Origin: an uncultured bacterium
GTDB lineage: Bacteria; Babelota; Babeliae; Babelales; Vermiphilaceae
Direction: 5' to 3'
NCBI GenBank assembly: GCA_963702025.1
Contig: OY969699.1
Coordinates: forward strand, 1,176,279-1,208,278
Length of the DNA: 32,000 bases
Every line of letters starts with the position of its first letter. The stretch's first letter is position 1. The translations under genes were made by a program, and so were the position numbers. The notes beneath the pieces were generated by a model that did not search any database, was not told the DNA's origin, and worked only from the letters and a program-made list of their open reading frames with translations. Shown here piece after piece: positions 1 to 9,540 of this stretch.

Positions 1-2
1 GT

Positions 3-902
3 ATGTCTTGTAAAAAGGTTATTTCTTTTTTGGCCCTTTTTCTTATTCACCAAGCCGGCGGGGTAACACTCGATTCAACCGCATATCAACATGATGCAAA
101 AAAATGGAAAAATAAATATTTAGTCAACGGTTCTGGCTTAACCTCCTCTGATTTGCAGTACATTGCTAATTTATTTTACTTTTCATTATTACGTTCGGTT
201 GCAACGCTTGCCGCGCAAGAAGCTGCCGTGCCAGCGCTCGATACCATGTGGCGCGGCTGGCAGAATATCGCACAAACCCGTATGAATCCTTCACATTCTT
301 TGCCGTATCCGTTAAATTACCACGAACAACAACAAACGTATGATTTTTTTATTCAAGCACAACAGATACATCGCTCGGGTGGCCTCACCTATGCACATGC
401 ATCCCAAGTAGTGGTGAAAGAAAATGTAGTATCTGCTGATGCGCTATCTGCAGTACAAGAAGTACGCCAGAACGCGCGAACCGTTATCATGGAAGCATTT
501 TTAGATATCAAAAAAATATTGGGCGCCGCTTATAATTTTGCGTCAGAACATCTGCGCGAAGAATCGCTCTATAAGGATGATGAAAATCTTCGTTGGGACC
601 TAGTTGATACAATCATCTCGTATATTCCTAAGCTTGCATCTCAATCATTTATTGAAGCGGAAAAAATACAAACTCAAGCAAGCGAAAAAAGTTGGGAAAT
701 TATCCAGAACATAATTGAGGTAAACACTCAAATTTGGAATGCCGTTGAAACTGCCCGTGCATCATATTATCTAGCCTACTATCGTGAAATCATTCAATTT
801 ATGTATGAGCAAGCTATTGATACAAACTACTTGCTAGTCGCATTTAATGAAAATGGCATAACCCCAACGCAAGAACGTGATGAATTATTGCCGCTTGTTT
901 AA
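3..902 (+). CDS. hypothetical secreted protein (orphan, tandem paralogue 1)
   Basis: ATG at nt 3, 299 aa. N-terminal hydrophobic signal-like segment (VISFLALFLIHQAGG). No domain recognised. Shares a DLxx[IL]ANLxY motif near residue 50 with the next ORF. Confidence 0.55.
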   Translation: MSCKKVISFLALFLIHQAGGVTLDSTAYQHDAKKWKNKYLVNGSGLTSSDLQYIANLFYFSLLRSVATLAAQEAAVPALDTMWRGWQNIAQTRMNPSHSLPYPLNYHEQQQTYDFFIQAQQIHRSGGLTYAHASQVVVKENVVSADALSAVQEVRQNARTVIMEAFLDIKKILGAAYNFASEHLREESLYKDDENLRWDLVDTIISYIPKLASQSFIEAEKIQTQASEKSWEIIQNIIEVNTQIWNAVETARASYYLAYYREIIQFMYEQAIDTNYLLVAFNENGITPTQERDELLPLV

Positions 903-945
903 TGAAAATAATATGTGTATTTACTTTACATAAAAGGAGTCCTTT

Positions 946-1848
946 ATGAACAAAAATAGTTTATTGTTACTCGCCTTAAGTGCCGGTAACCTGTCATCAG
1001 TATTTGCTGATAATGAAAAAAAATCGATTAGCGGTGAAGATATTATACAACATGCAAACGTTTGGGTATCAGACCATGCCCTTTCCCTAAAGCACGATGA
1101 TCTTTGTATCCTTGCCAACCTTTTATATGTTAATTGTGAATTTCTGGATCTTGAAAGCAGATTACGGTCAATGATTTACACAAGCCAAAATCAATTAGCA
1201 GCAATTCTGGTTTGCAAACCGGAAGATTTTTCAAAAATTATTGAATTAAATGCCTCGGCATTAAAGGGAATATGGGAAGCGCTTCTTCCACAACGTGAAA
1301 ATGCCAGATCCGTCGGAGTTCAAATTGACAATTACTTAAAAAGTGAATGCTCTTCGGAATTAAAAACGATTATTGACGGGCTGGAAAAATATACACAAGC
1401 GATTGTATCGCAGCTAATTCGCCAAGACCAACAAAAAATTGAGAACAAAGTGCAAGAATGCAATGCTACTCTAAAAGGACAAGCAGAAAAAACAAAAGAG
1501 TATATAGGCATTTTGGATGCAGTGCTCGAACACAAAAATCCATATTTGCAAGAAGGGCAAGATGCTGCAATAACTGATTTTAACGTTATTTCTTCCGTCG
1601 CCGATTCTCTTTTTGCCTCCTGTAAATTAATGAACGATGCCACAACGGTAATGAAATACATGTCATTGGATGTGATGCACATTAATAGGTTCGTATTCCA
1701 AATTTTTTATAAAACGTTATACGAAAGATTAAAGAAAGAGAACATGCTACCAATGCCTCTTATGTTCAATGCCCAAAAAGGTAAACTATGCATGGAAGAA
1801 TGCAACGTTAATTTACCGGCACTTGTCGAAACACCAAAAAAATCGTAA
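946..1848 (+). CDS. hypothetical secreted protein (orphan, tandem paralogue 2)
   Basis: AAAGGAG Shine-Dalgarno about 7 nt upstream of the ATG. Signal peptide LLLLALSAGNLSSVFA. Same length class (300 aa) and weak motif sharing with 3..902. Confidence 0.6.
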   Translation: MNKNSLLLLALSAGNLSSVFADNEKKSISGEDIIQHANVWVSDHALSLKHDDLCILANLLYVNCEFLDLESRLRSMIYTSQNQLAAILVCKPEDFSKIIELNASALKGIWEALLPQRENARSVGVQIDNYLKSECSSELKTIIDGLEKYTQAIVSQLIRQDQQKIENKVQECNATLKGQAEKTKEYIGILDAVLEHKNPYLQEGQDAAITDFNVISSVADSLFASCKLMNDATTVMKYMSLDVMHINRFVFQIFYKTLYERLKKENMLPMPLMFNAQKGKLCMEECNVNLPALVETPKKS

Positions 1849-1858
1849 ATAAATAACT

Positions 1859-2965
1859 ATGTTACAGATCGATCGTCGATATTTTCGTTATTTTGACTGG
1901 ATAAACTTCTTTCTTATTATCGGCATGTCGGCGATCGGTCTTTTTTTTATTTTCAGCGCTACCTATAAGCCTGAGCAACCCTCTTCAATATTTTTTAAAA
2001 AACAATTATTTGGCATCATATCAGGAATAGTAATTTATCTTCTTTGTTCCGCAACCGATTTTCGCTCATTACTGCGCTGGGGCTATTTTGCCTATTTTGT
2101 TATACTTTTTCTTTTAGCTTTTACCATTATAAAAGGCAGTATTGGCATGGGGGGCCAACGTTGGTTGGATCTTGGCTTTTTTCGCTTCCAACCATCTGAA
2201 CTGGCAAAACTATTTTTTCCTGCGTATGCAACCTATTATTTTTATACCGAAAAAGATTCTCTCTCTTTCACATTTATGCAATTTCTTCCCGTATTATCCG
2301 TTTTGGGCATTAGTTTTCTGTTGATACTCAAACAACCCGATTTAGGTACCGGTTTGGTCCTGTTATTTGCTGGCCTAATCATGGTCTGGTTAGCAGGTAT
2401 TAATAAACGATTTTTTATCTATGGCGGCCTCATAGTACTTATTACGGCACCCGTCTCCTGGCATCTATTGCGACCATATCAAAAACAAAGAGTTTTAGTG
2501 TTTTTAGGACAAGGCGACAGCAAAAAGGAACGGTATCAGATTGAACAATCGCAAATTGCTATAGGATCGGGAGGCTTACAAGGCAAAGGACTCTTGAAGG
2601 GCACTCAAAACAAATTACAGTTTCTGCCAGAAAGCCGCACCGATTTTATTTTTTCAGTAATTGCCGAAGAAACAGGATTTATTGGCGCGGTTATCATTCT
2701 GCTAATATTTGCAATTCTTTTTTTTCAGTCATTGTGGATAGCAGTTTCAATTAAATCCCCCTTTGTTCAGTTACTGGCAATAGGTCTTGTTTTACCAATA
2801 ATTATTTCTACCCTCATTAACATTGCCATGGTAACTGGATTAATGCCCATTGTGGGAATACCGTTACCCTTTATGAGTTACGGCCTGAGCAATTTATGGG
2901 TTAATTTTGCAAGCATGGGGTGGTTCAACGCAATTGCAATACGAAGATTTTACTGGGGAGAATAA
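1859..2965 (+). CDS. rodA: SEDS-family peptidoglycan glycosyltransferase RodA
   Basis: 368 aa polytopic membrane protein. Motifs SELAK, PDLGT and QSQIAIGSGGLQGKG..GTQ..LQFLPESRTDFIFSVIAEETGFIG match RodA more closely than FtsW. Confidence 0.85.
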   Translation: MLQIDRRYFRYFDWINFFLIIGMSAIGLFFIFSATYKPEQPSSIFFKKQLFGIISGIVIYLLCSATDFRSLLRWGYFAYFVILFLLAFTIIKGSIGMGGQRWLDLGFFRFQPSELAKLFFPAYATYYFYTEKDSLSFTFMQFLPVLSVLGISFLLILKQPDLGTGLVLLFAGLIMVWLAGINKRFFIYGGLIVLITAPVSWHLLRPYQKQRVLVFLGQGDSKKERYQIEQSQIAIGSGGLQGKGLLKGTQNKLQFLPESRTDFIFSVIAEETGFIGAVIILLIFAILFFQSLWIAVSIKSPFVQLLAIGLVLPIIISTLINIAMVTGLMPIVGIPLPFMSYGLSNLWVNFASMGWFNAIAIRRFYWGE

Positions 2966-2978
2966 TCAACTTCGCTGG

Positions 2979-3293
2979 CTATTCCGCTTTATGTTTTGCT
3001 AACTTTTCAAGAGCAGCGTCCGCCCATACCATCACTGTTGCCGGCATATACAAAATTGTGTCCACAACAACATTGCCACATAATTGGCAACAGCTTTCAT
3101 CATTAGTATCATTAGAGTTATTTTTTTCATTTTTATCATTAAGAGCATCGTGCAGATCCGAGTATGTACGCGTTTTTTTGACCAATTGATTTGGACCGGT
3201 AGAAGTAGTTATTGTAACTATATTTTTTTCCATTGCTGGCAAATTTAGGGAGAATAATGTTATGCTGCATGTCAAAAGAATCGTATATTTCAT
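2979..3293 (-). CDS. small hypothetical secreted protein
   Basis: Start moved to the internal ATG at 3293 (MKYTILLTCSITLFSLNLPA signal peptide) with AGGA 5 nt upstream. Asn/Asp-rich mature part. No homology recognised. Confidence 0.45.
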   Translation of the reverse strand: MKYTILLTCSITLFSLNLPAMEKNIVTITTSTGPNQLVKKTRTYSDLHDALNDKNEKNNSNDTNDESCCQLCGNVVVDTILYMPATVMVWADAALEKLAKHKAE

Positions 3294-3370
3294 GATGATC
3301 CTGCGATGAAAATTAAAGAGAATGTTAAACATATTTAGCAATTGTACGTATTTATAAAAGTAAGTCAAAC

Positions 3371-4396
3371 ATGGAAAAAAAAGAATTAGTAGATGTGAGT
3401 ATAATCACACTCCAAGAAACACCCGAGGAGCGATCGAATGATTTTTGCCCAAAAACATTCGATGACTATTTAGGGCAACAAGAATTAAAAGAAAAACTTG
3501 CCGTATTTACCCAAGCGGCCAAAATGCGCCAAGAGCCGCTTGACCATCTACTGCTCTTTGGTCCTCCCGGAGTGGGTAAAACAACGTTATCGGGAATCAT
3601 GGCACAGGTAATGGGGGTTGGCATAAAAATTTGCAGTGGACCCATGATGGAACGGACGGGCGATTTGGTGGCAATACTTTCAAGCCTCGAGCCACGTGAT
3701 ATTCTTTTTATTGATGAAATTCATCGTATGCCAGCAAACGTTGAAGAAGTGCTTTACAACGCAATGGAGCATTTTAGAGTTGATGTTATTATCGGTCAAG
3801 GCGCCGGCGCAAAATCGATAAATTTACCCATCAATCCTTTCACACTTGTTGGTGCCACCACTAAAAGTGGTATGATTTCAGCACCCTTGCGGAGCCGCTT
3901 TGGTATTATAGAACGCATCGATTTTTATTCCGATGATGATTTACAAGAAATTGTATTACAGGCTGCTCAATTTTTAAAAATTTCTATACCAAAAGAATCT
4001 GCGCGAATAATAGGCATGTGCGCACGGGGCACGCCACGTATTGCAAAAAAAATATTGCGCCGCGTTAGAGATTTTGCGCAGGTACAGGGGATCTCAAATA
4101 TTAGCACCACTTTGGTAACCCAAGCGCTTAATTTTTTGGGCATCGAAGAAGAAGGCCTTACTAAAATTGATATACTGCTTCTGCAAAAAATTATTGAAAA
4201 CTTCAACGGTGGCCCAGTTGGCTTAGAAACACTCGCTGCGCTTATTGGTGAAGATACTGAAACAATTGAGATGGTTTATGAGCCCTTTTTATTGCGCAAA
4301 GGATATCTTGAAAAAACAGCACGTGGCCGGCAGATTCCGCATAAAAAATTGCCCCATTTGAAACAAAAATTCTTGGGGCAGCACACGTTGCTCTAA
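3371..4396 (+). CDS. ruvB: Holliday junction branch migration helicase RuvB
   Basis: Walker A GPPGVGKTT, Walker B ILFIDEIHR, sensor GATT and RGTPRIA motifs, typical 341 aa length. Confidence 0.95.
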   Translation: MEKKELVDVSIITLQETPEERSNDFCPKTFDDYLGQQELKEKLAVFTQAAKMRQEPLDHLLLFGPPGVGKTTLSGIMAQVMGVGIKICSGPMMERTGDLVAILSSLEPRDILFIDEIHRMPANVEEVLYNAMEHFRVDVIIGQGAGAKSINLPINPFTLVGATTKSGMISAPLRSRFGIIERIDFYSDDDLQEIVLQAAQFLKISIPKESARIIGMCARGTPRIAKKILRRVRDFAQVQGISNISTTLVTQALNFLGIEEEGLTKIDILLLQKIIENFNGGPVGLETLAALIGEDTETIEMVYEPFLLRKGYLEKTARGRQIPHKKLPHLKQKFLGQHTLL

Positions 4397-4478
4397 TCTC
4401 TTGGCTATATCGACATATTTTTAAAAAAATATACCCTTAAGATAAATGATAAAATTTACCGGCTAGGAGCATAAAATT

Positions 4479-5192
4479 ATGTCAGGACATTCCCACTGGG
4501 CCACGATAAAAAGAAAAAAAGAAAAAGAAGATTCAAAGCGTGGGCAGGCCTTCACTAAAATAATTAAAGAAATTACCGTTTCGGCAAAAACTGGCGGTGG
4601 CGATCCTAACGGCAATCCAAAGCTCCGCTTACTGATTGATAAAGCACGTGATATCAATATGCCTCTTGAAAACATCCAGCGGGCCATTAAACGAGGCACG
4701 GGCGAATTGCCTGGCGTTAGCTACGAACCAATGACCTATGAGGGATATGGCCCCTATGGCATTGCAGTAGTAGTTGATACTCTATCGGATAATAAAAACC
4801 GCATTGTTTCTGAACTTCGCCATGTATTTACCGGGAAGGGCGGAAATTTAGGTGAATCAGGATCAGTTGCTTGGATGTTTGAAAAGATGGGCGTCATCGA
4901 TGTGAGTGGCACAATCAGCGAAGATGCAGTTCTTGAAAAACTTATTGACTTTGATGTCAAAGATGTAAAACACGATGGTACATTCTTTACCATTTATTGT
5001 GATCCAAAAGCACTCGTGTCCATAAAAAAAGTATTGACCGATGAAGGGCTTAAAGTAGAAAAAGCCGAGGTAGACTGGGTACCAAAAAATACGATGTCAC
5101 TTCCCGATGATCAAGCACAGAAAGCCTATGAATTTTTAGAAAGCCTTCAAAATCTTGACGATGTTCAAAATGTTTATACAAATCTGGCATAA
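4479..5192 (+). CDS. YebC/PmpR-family DNA-binding transcriptional regulator
   Basis: Canonical N-terminus MSGHSHWATIKRKKE..D..RG..F.K; 237 aa; C-terminal DDVQNVYTN. AGGAG Shine-Dalgarno upstream. Confidence 0.93.
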   Translation: MSGHSHWATIKRKKEKEDSKRGQAFTKIIKEITVSAKTGGGDPNGNPKLRLLIDKARDINMPLENIQRAIKRGTGELPGVSYEPMTYEGYGPYGIAVVVDTLSDNKNRIVSELRHVFTGKGGNLGESGSVAWMFEKMGVIDVSGTISEDAVLEKLIDFDVKDVKHDGTFFTIYCDPKALVSIKKVLTDEGLKVEKAEVDWVPKNTMSLPDDQAQKAYEFLESLQNLDDVQNVYTNLA

Positions 5193-5204
5193 AGGAGTAG
5201 AAAG

Positions 5205-6095
5205 ATGATGCGGAGTATGACAGGATTTGCCACCAAATCTCTTATTATAACGGCGCAGGAAACCAAAATCCCTATTACTCTCAGTCTCAAATCGCTCAAT
5301 GCTCGTTATTTTGATACCAATTGCAGGCTACCCTATCCACTCACCAATCTTGAAACTGAGTTTATTAAACTTTTTAAAACAAAATTGTATCGGGGAACAA
5401 TTAATTTTACGATACACATTTCGAATCCTAATGCATTCAAGGGGGCAATCGAACCTTCTATTACCACCATAAAAAGTTATTTGCGAGCCTTAGATACCAT
5501 AAAAAAAACATGCACCATTGAGGGAACTCTTTCCATAGCCAATGTGCTGTTATTGCCCAACATTTTTATCACCGAAGAACAAGACGTTGATGCCACTTCA
5601 AAAAAATTAATATTTGAGGCCACCGAACAACTGGTGAATGAGCTCATTGCCACGCAGCTACAAGAAGGTCAGGCATTGCAAAAAGATTTTACCCACCGCG
5701 TCGATCTCATTAGCCAAGAAATTAAAGCAATTGAAGTTGCTTTTGAACAATTAATGAAAGTCCAAAAAGAAAAAACACAAACAGCAATTGCCGAATTAGA
5801 AAATGATTCGTCAAAATTTGCTCAAATGCAAAAAGATCTCTTGTATGCAATTCTTGATAAAATGGATGTACAAGAAGAAATTGTACGATTTAAAAATCAC
5901 GTTAGCACCCTCCAATTGACTTTAGAATCAAAAGAGGTCGAAAAGGGGAAACGGATCGATTTTATTTTGCAAGAACTATCCCGGGAAATTAATACAATTA
6001 CGGCAAAGTGTGCTGACGGCATCATGAGCTCACATGCGATAAATATTAAGGTTGAGCTTGAAAAAATGCGAGAGCAAGCCCAAAATATAGTTTAA
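5205..6095 (+). CDS. yicC: YicC-family stress-induced protein
   Basis: N-terminus MMRSMTGFA and C-terminal DUF1732-like DFILQELSREINTITAKC...EKMREQAQNIV; 296 aa. Confidence 0.88.
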   Translation: MMRSMTGFATKSLIITAQETKIPITLSLKSLNARYFDTNCRLPYPLTNLETEFIKLFKTKLYRGTINFTIHISNPNAFKGAIEPSITTIKSYLRALDTIKKTCTIEGTLSIANVLLLPNIFITEEQDVDATSKKLIFEATEQLVNELIATQLQEGQALQKDFTHRVDLISQEIKAIEVAFEQLMKVQKEKTQTAIAELENDSSKFAQMQKDLLYAILDKMDVQEEIVRFKNHVSTLQLTLESKEVEKGKRIDFILQELSREINTITAKCADGIMSSHAINIKVELEKMREQAQNIV

Positions 6096-6140
6096 AGCAT
6101 AAAAATCATCTTTAAAAATTTATTTAAAGAATTTCAAAAC

Positions 6141-6170
6141 GAAGCGTAAAAAGGCCATTGTATACGCTTC
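6141..6170. terminator. possible bidirectional hairpin between convergent yicC and the beta-helix gene
   Basis: GAAGCGTA (6141-6148) pairs with TACGCTTC (6163-6170). The loop is 14 nt and the flanks are T-rich on both strands. It overlaps the stop codon of the minus-strand gene. The loop is long for an intrinsic terminator. Confidence 0.3.
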
Positions 6171-6987
6171 ATTTATGACATGGCTTTGCAGGGCAGGGGA
6201 CCAGCACCCCGTAAAACAAAGATCCAAATTCTGATGTATCTCCCGGAATACCGCTATTAATAATTGTTGCTGTTGCGGTGATTGCGCTATTTACCGGCAC
6301 AGCACCGATCGATACGGTATTGGAAGCATTGCCATTGGCATCGGTTGTCACAGAAATTTGCTTTACCAACAATCTGCCCTCTGGATCATTGGCACTATTG
6401 CTAAAAAATTGCAGAGTAAATGTTGAGCTTGGCACGCTGTTTAATGACCATGCAACATTGAGTCCGGAGGAAGTTACCGTGTATGAACTCAGCACCGGAT
6501 AGTTTTGAAAATCATTCGGGCCAACTGATGGACTCGTGGCATGGTTTCGTGTAGGGCCATCATTGCCAAGATCTATACCAATCAATGTATTGTTATAGAT
6601 GCTATTGCTCAAGATACTATTGCCCACGCTTTGGTCAAGCGCGCTATCACCAACCACAATGCCCTTTTGATTATAGGCAATCAAATTACCTGCGATGAGT
6701 GTAGTTCCGCCGATAATATTATTATTGGACGTGACTAAAATATAAACACCATACTCTCCATTACCCAAATCAAGTCTTCCGAGCAAATCAGTACCTATAA
6801 CGTTTCCCGAAACAGTGTTATTGTCCGAGTTGTTAATAATTTCTATACCATTACCGGCATTGCCTGAAATTACATTTGCCAAAAGAGGATTCAAGGCGAC
6901 TCTGTGCTTAGGTGATCCGTCAGCAAAAACATTAAACCCACTCAAAATGGCAATAATACCTATCGCCAGACTCATTATTCTTTTCAT
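6169..6987 (-). CDS. secreted right-handed parallel beta-helix repeat protein with C-terminal QNYPVL-type beta-sandwich tail
   Basis: GGGAGA Shine-Dalgarno and signal peptide (LAIGIIAILSGFNVFA). Repeated GN.I.GN..GI.I units. Tail IDLGNDGPT...GPNDFQNYPVLSS...FTLQFFSN...VTTDANGNAS...ATATI...GDTSEFG is typical of the C-terminus of large beta-helix surface proteins. Confidence 0.7.
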   Translation of the reverse strand: MKRIMSLAIGIIAILSGFNVFADGSPKHRVALNPLLANVISGNAGNGIEIINNSDNNTVSGNVIGTDLLGRLDLGNGEYGVYILVTSNNNIIGGTTLIAGNLIAYNQKGIVVGDSALDQSVGNSILSNSIYNNTLIGIDLGNDGPTRNHATSPSVGPNDFQNYPVLSSYTVTSSGLNVAWSLNSVPSSTFTLQFFSNSANDPEGRLLVKQISVTTDANGNASNTVSIGAVPVNSAITATATIINSGIPGDTSEFGSLFYGVLVPCPAKPCHK

Positions 6988-7046
6988 TAATATCTCCCTT
7001 TCTTATAGGGGTTGTTACAATAACAACCCCTGATAACTTGTATATC

Positions 7047-7802
7047 TTACCCTTCAATGCGACCGGTAGCTCCGGTAAAGGTAGTAACGGGAGTGCAATT
7101 TGCTTGAAGGTAGGCGCTGATGCAATTTGTTTTTGGTAAGCTGATTGGGCCCAAAGGTGTACAGCTGCTTATGATTGAACCGGCTTCACTGCCGGCAAAC
7201 GGGAACGGCTCAACCAATACTCCAACCGGATACGGCAATCCCAAAATTGCTCCATTGGTTTGGCCATTAAAACGTAATTCTTGCAGTATTCTTGCATAGG
7301 TGCCGTTCTGGACCAATGTCGTAACCGCAAGTTCAAGATTTAATGCTAAATCACAACATCCCAGAGCTACTTCCCATCCGTTAACACGAGCAAGGGAATA
7401 AAAACCGGTGACATCTGTCACAACGCCATTAAATGCCAACGGCGGAGTAGTTGATAATGTTGCTGCAGAAAAAGCAAATACATCAATCAATCCAGCAATC
7501 AAAGCTGTTCTAGCTAGCCCTTCATTGCCATATCCAATAAAATTCACCGTATCATAGCCAAGCAGTTTTGCAGCCGCTTCAATCAAAAGCGGGTCAAAAC
7601 CGATAGCAGTATTTGGGCTCGACGGATCCCAACTGCTCCACGGTAATTCGTCCGGAATAATACCAACGTTCAATACGCCTGCCCCTGAAGTGCCGCATGG
7701 TAAAGCAGCGTTTATGAACATCGGAGATCCAAAGCTTAATAAAGCAAGAATCGTCATTATTTTTTTATAAGTATTCACTTTTTTTCCTTTCTTTATTAAC
7801 AA
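7047..7802 (-). CDS. orphan family-3 solute-binding-protein-like secreted protein
   Basis: GFDPLLIEAAAKLLGYDTVNFIGY..GL..LIAGLIDVFAF and LVQNGTYARILQELRFNG resemble SBP_bac_3 signatures. The track start at 7802 is a TTG directly abutting the upstream stop; an alternative ATG is at 7757. Lys-rich n-region plus hydrophobic signal. 6 Cys. Confidence 0.55.
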   Translation of the reverse strand: MLIKKGKKVNTYKKIMTILALLSFGSPMFINAALPCGTSGAGVLNVGIIPDELPWSSWDPSSPNTAIGFDPLLIEAAAKLLGYDTVNFIGYGNEGLARTALIAGLIDVFAFSAATLSTTPPLAFNGVVTDVTGFYSLARVNGWEVALGCCDLALNLELAVTTLVQNGTYARILQELRFNGQTNGAILGLPYPVGVLVEPFPFAGSEAGSIISSCTPLGPISLPKTNCISAYLQANCTPVTTFTGATGRIEG

Positions 7803-9278
7803 TTAGAATCCAACTGCCCATTTACCAAAGACGGCCCAGCTTGATAGTGCATTACATTTGTCATGGTTGACCACAAACTCATATGAGGCACCAAAGCCAG
7901 CCATCCAATCAAAGCAATCGCATGCGCAACCGGTCCAAGAAAAAGCGCCATAGACTTTATTGGTAATTAATTTGCCGGCAAGTCCTGAATAAATATCCAG
8001 ATCTGCCGGTGAAATAGGTACAAATGCAGCATCCGCAGTGCCGGAACTGGTCATTGTTGCGTTGGAAGCAGTAAATTGACTTAATCCACAACCATTCAAA
8101 TTATAAATGCCAACGGTTGTTGGTAAGGGAACACAGTTATCATTTGACAATTCTAAACGCTCTTTTTGTCGCCAGAAGAGGTTATAACCAATTTCAAAGT
8201 CCCAATCACAACGCTCGTAGTTCAAGCCAAGCCACCACTGAATGGTACTGCGGGGCTGTATTTTAACTCTTGACGTGGTAATATTTGCCGCAGGAAATGG
8301 AAGACCAGACGCCGCAGAATCAACCACTAAAATATATCTGCTGAACTTACCGTTTGGTAATAAATCAAAGGTGCGGCATTCTTTATGGGTAAACACATAA
8401 CGGTAATAAATATCGGTCATCAACGTGAGGTTCGAATCATCGCCACAGCCACAAAAATTGATGTTATAATCAGCTAAAAATCCAACACCGAATGATGCAT
8501 GCTTGCTACCAACTAATGGCTCAAAAATATATTCGGCAGTTGGCGAACGGCCGGCAGGAATTGTGCCAGCGAGATATACGCCAACAAGGTTATCGCCACA
8601 CCATTGGTAATTGTAACCGAGACGTAAGAAAATATCTTCAAATCCTGTACGGCGTTTGCCATCATAACAGTTATTGCAATAGAATCTGCTATACTTTAAT
8701 TGCTCACTACTTAATGCTTGGCCAACCGTTGCTATTCCCGGGCAAATGGTGCTTGTATTACCTATTTCACAGCAATTTAAACGATGATGCGCATTTGTTA
8801 CGCCAAAGGTCATATCACCCCATAAACCACACCACCAATCATCAAGGTTGGCATAGGCATAGCCCAAATAAGTAAACTGTTTACGAGTTGGATTTATAGT
8901 AAATTGCGAAGAAAAAGGAGTTGCTGGTGCTTGATTGCCCAATCCTAATTCAAGCGAGTTTACAATACCTACACCACCGCCTTGAGCAACTTGTATTGAA
9001 TTGTTACCATTACCTAATAAGAAAGCTGATGCAAATCGATCGGAATTCTTTCTGCTTTGTTGATAGAGAGTAAAAGCATTAAAATAAAATTTTTTATCAG
9101 GATATTTGTGATATTTATTATAAAATGTCAGCAAATCGATCCATGCCAAATCAGTGGAAGCACCCCGCGGAACAAATACATGCGATCCACATTCAACTGA
9201 AGAAACACTTACGGCATAACTGAGCGTTCCAAGCGCCAGCATACACAGAGTGAGTATTATATTTTTTTTGCTATTCAT
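7803..9278 (-). CDS. cysteine-rich outer-membrane beta-barrel protein (putative porin)
   Basis: Signal peptide (ILTLCMLALGTLSYA). C-terminal ...FGKWAVGF ends in Phe as in OMP beta-barrels. Alternating aromatic/hydrophilic stretches and Gly/Asn-rich loops. 19 Cys by my count. Confidence 0.55.
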   Translation of the reverse strand: MNSKKNIILTLCMLALGTLSYAVSVSSVECGSHVFVPRGASTDLAWIDLLTFYNKYHKYPDKKFYFNAFTLYQQSRKNSDRFASAFLLGNGNNSIQVAQGGGVGIVNSLELGLGNQAPATPFSSQFTINPTRKQFTYLGYAYANLDDWWCGLWGDMTFGVTNAHHRLNCCEIGNTSTICPGIATVGQALSSEQLKYSRFYCNNCYDGKRRTGFEDIFLRLGYNYQWCGDNLVGVYLAGTIPAGRSPTAEYIFEPLVGSKHASFGVGFLADYNINFCGCGDDSNLTLMTDIYYRYVFTHKECRTFDLLPNGKFSRYILVVDSAASGLPFPAANITTSRVKIQPRSTIQWWLGLNYERCDWDFEIGYNLFWRQKERLELSNDNCVPLPTTVGIYNLNGCGLSQFTASNATMTSSGTADAAFVPISPADLDIYSGLAGKLITNKVYGAFSWTGCACDCFDWMAGFGASYEFVVNHDKCNALSSWAVFGKWAVGF

Positions 9279-9540
9279 TTTTTCTTATCCTTTTTTATTA
9301 GAACTACTCAAAAAAATTACGGAATAAAAGATGCTCCTCTAAAAATAATGGTAACAAAATAAGACCTTATTGATTTTCTACAACATATGAATAGAGAAAT
9401 CAAATAGTTTTAATTTTTTTCACGCTTTACTCAAATAAAAAAAATCAAGTTGTCAGTACTCCAATCTTGCGTTGTCAAATTATATTTTATACCTTCCTTG
9501 TATGCACTAATTTAACAACTTTATTTAAGGAGAGTGATTT

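Noticed and set aside
2920-3189. 89-aa plus-strand ORF overlapping the rodA 3' end and the small minus-strand gene
   Set aside because: It starts inside rodA in another frame and has neither an RBS nor a signal. The minus-strand ORF has an AGGA site and a clear signal peptide.
9262-9269. A8/T8 homopolymer in codons 4-6 of the Cys-rich OMP gene as a phase-variation switch
   Set aside because: Runs of 8 A/T are frequent throughout this AT-rich window, for example in rodA, dnaE and intergenic regions. The tract simply encodes Lys-Lys-Asn, and there is no evidence of length variation.
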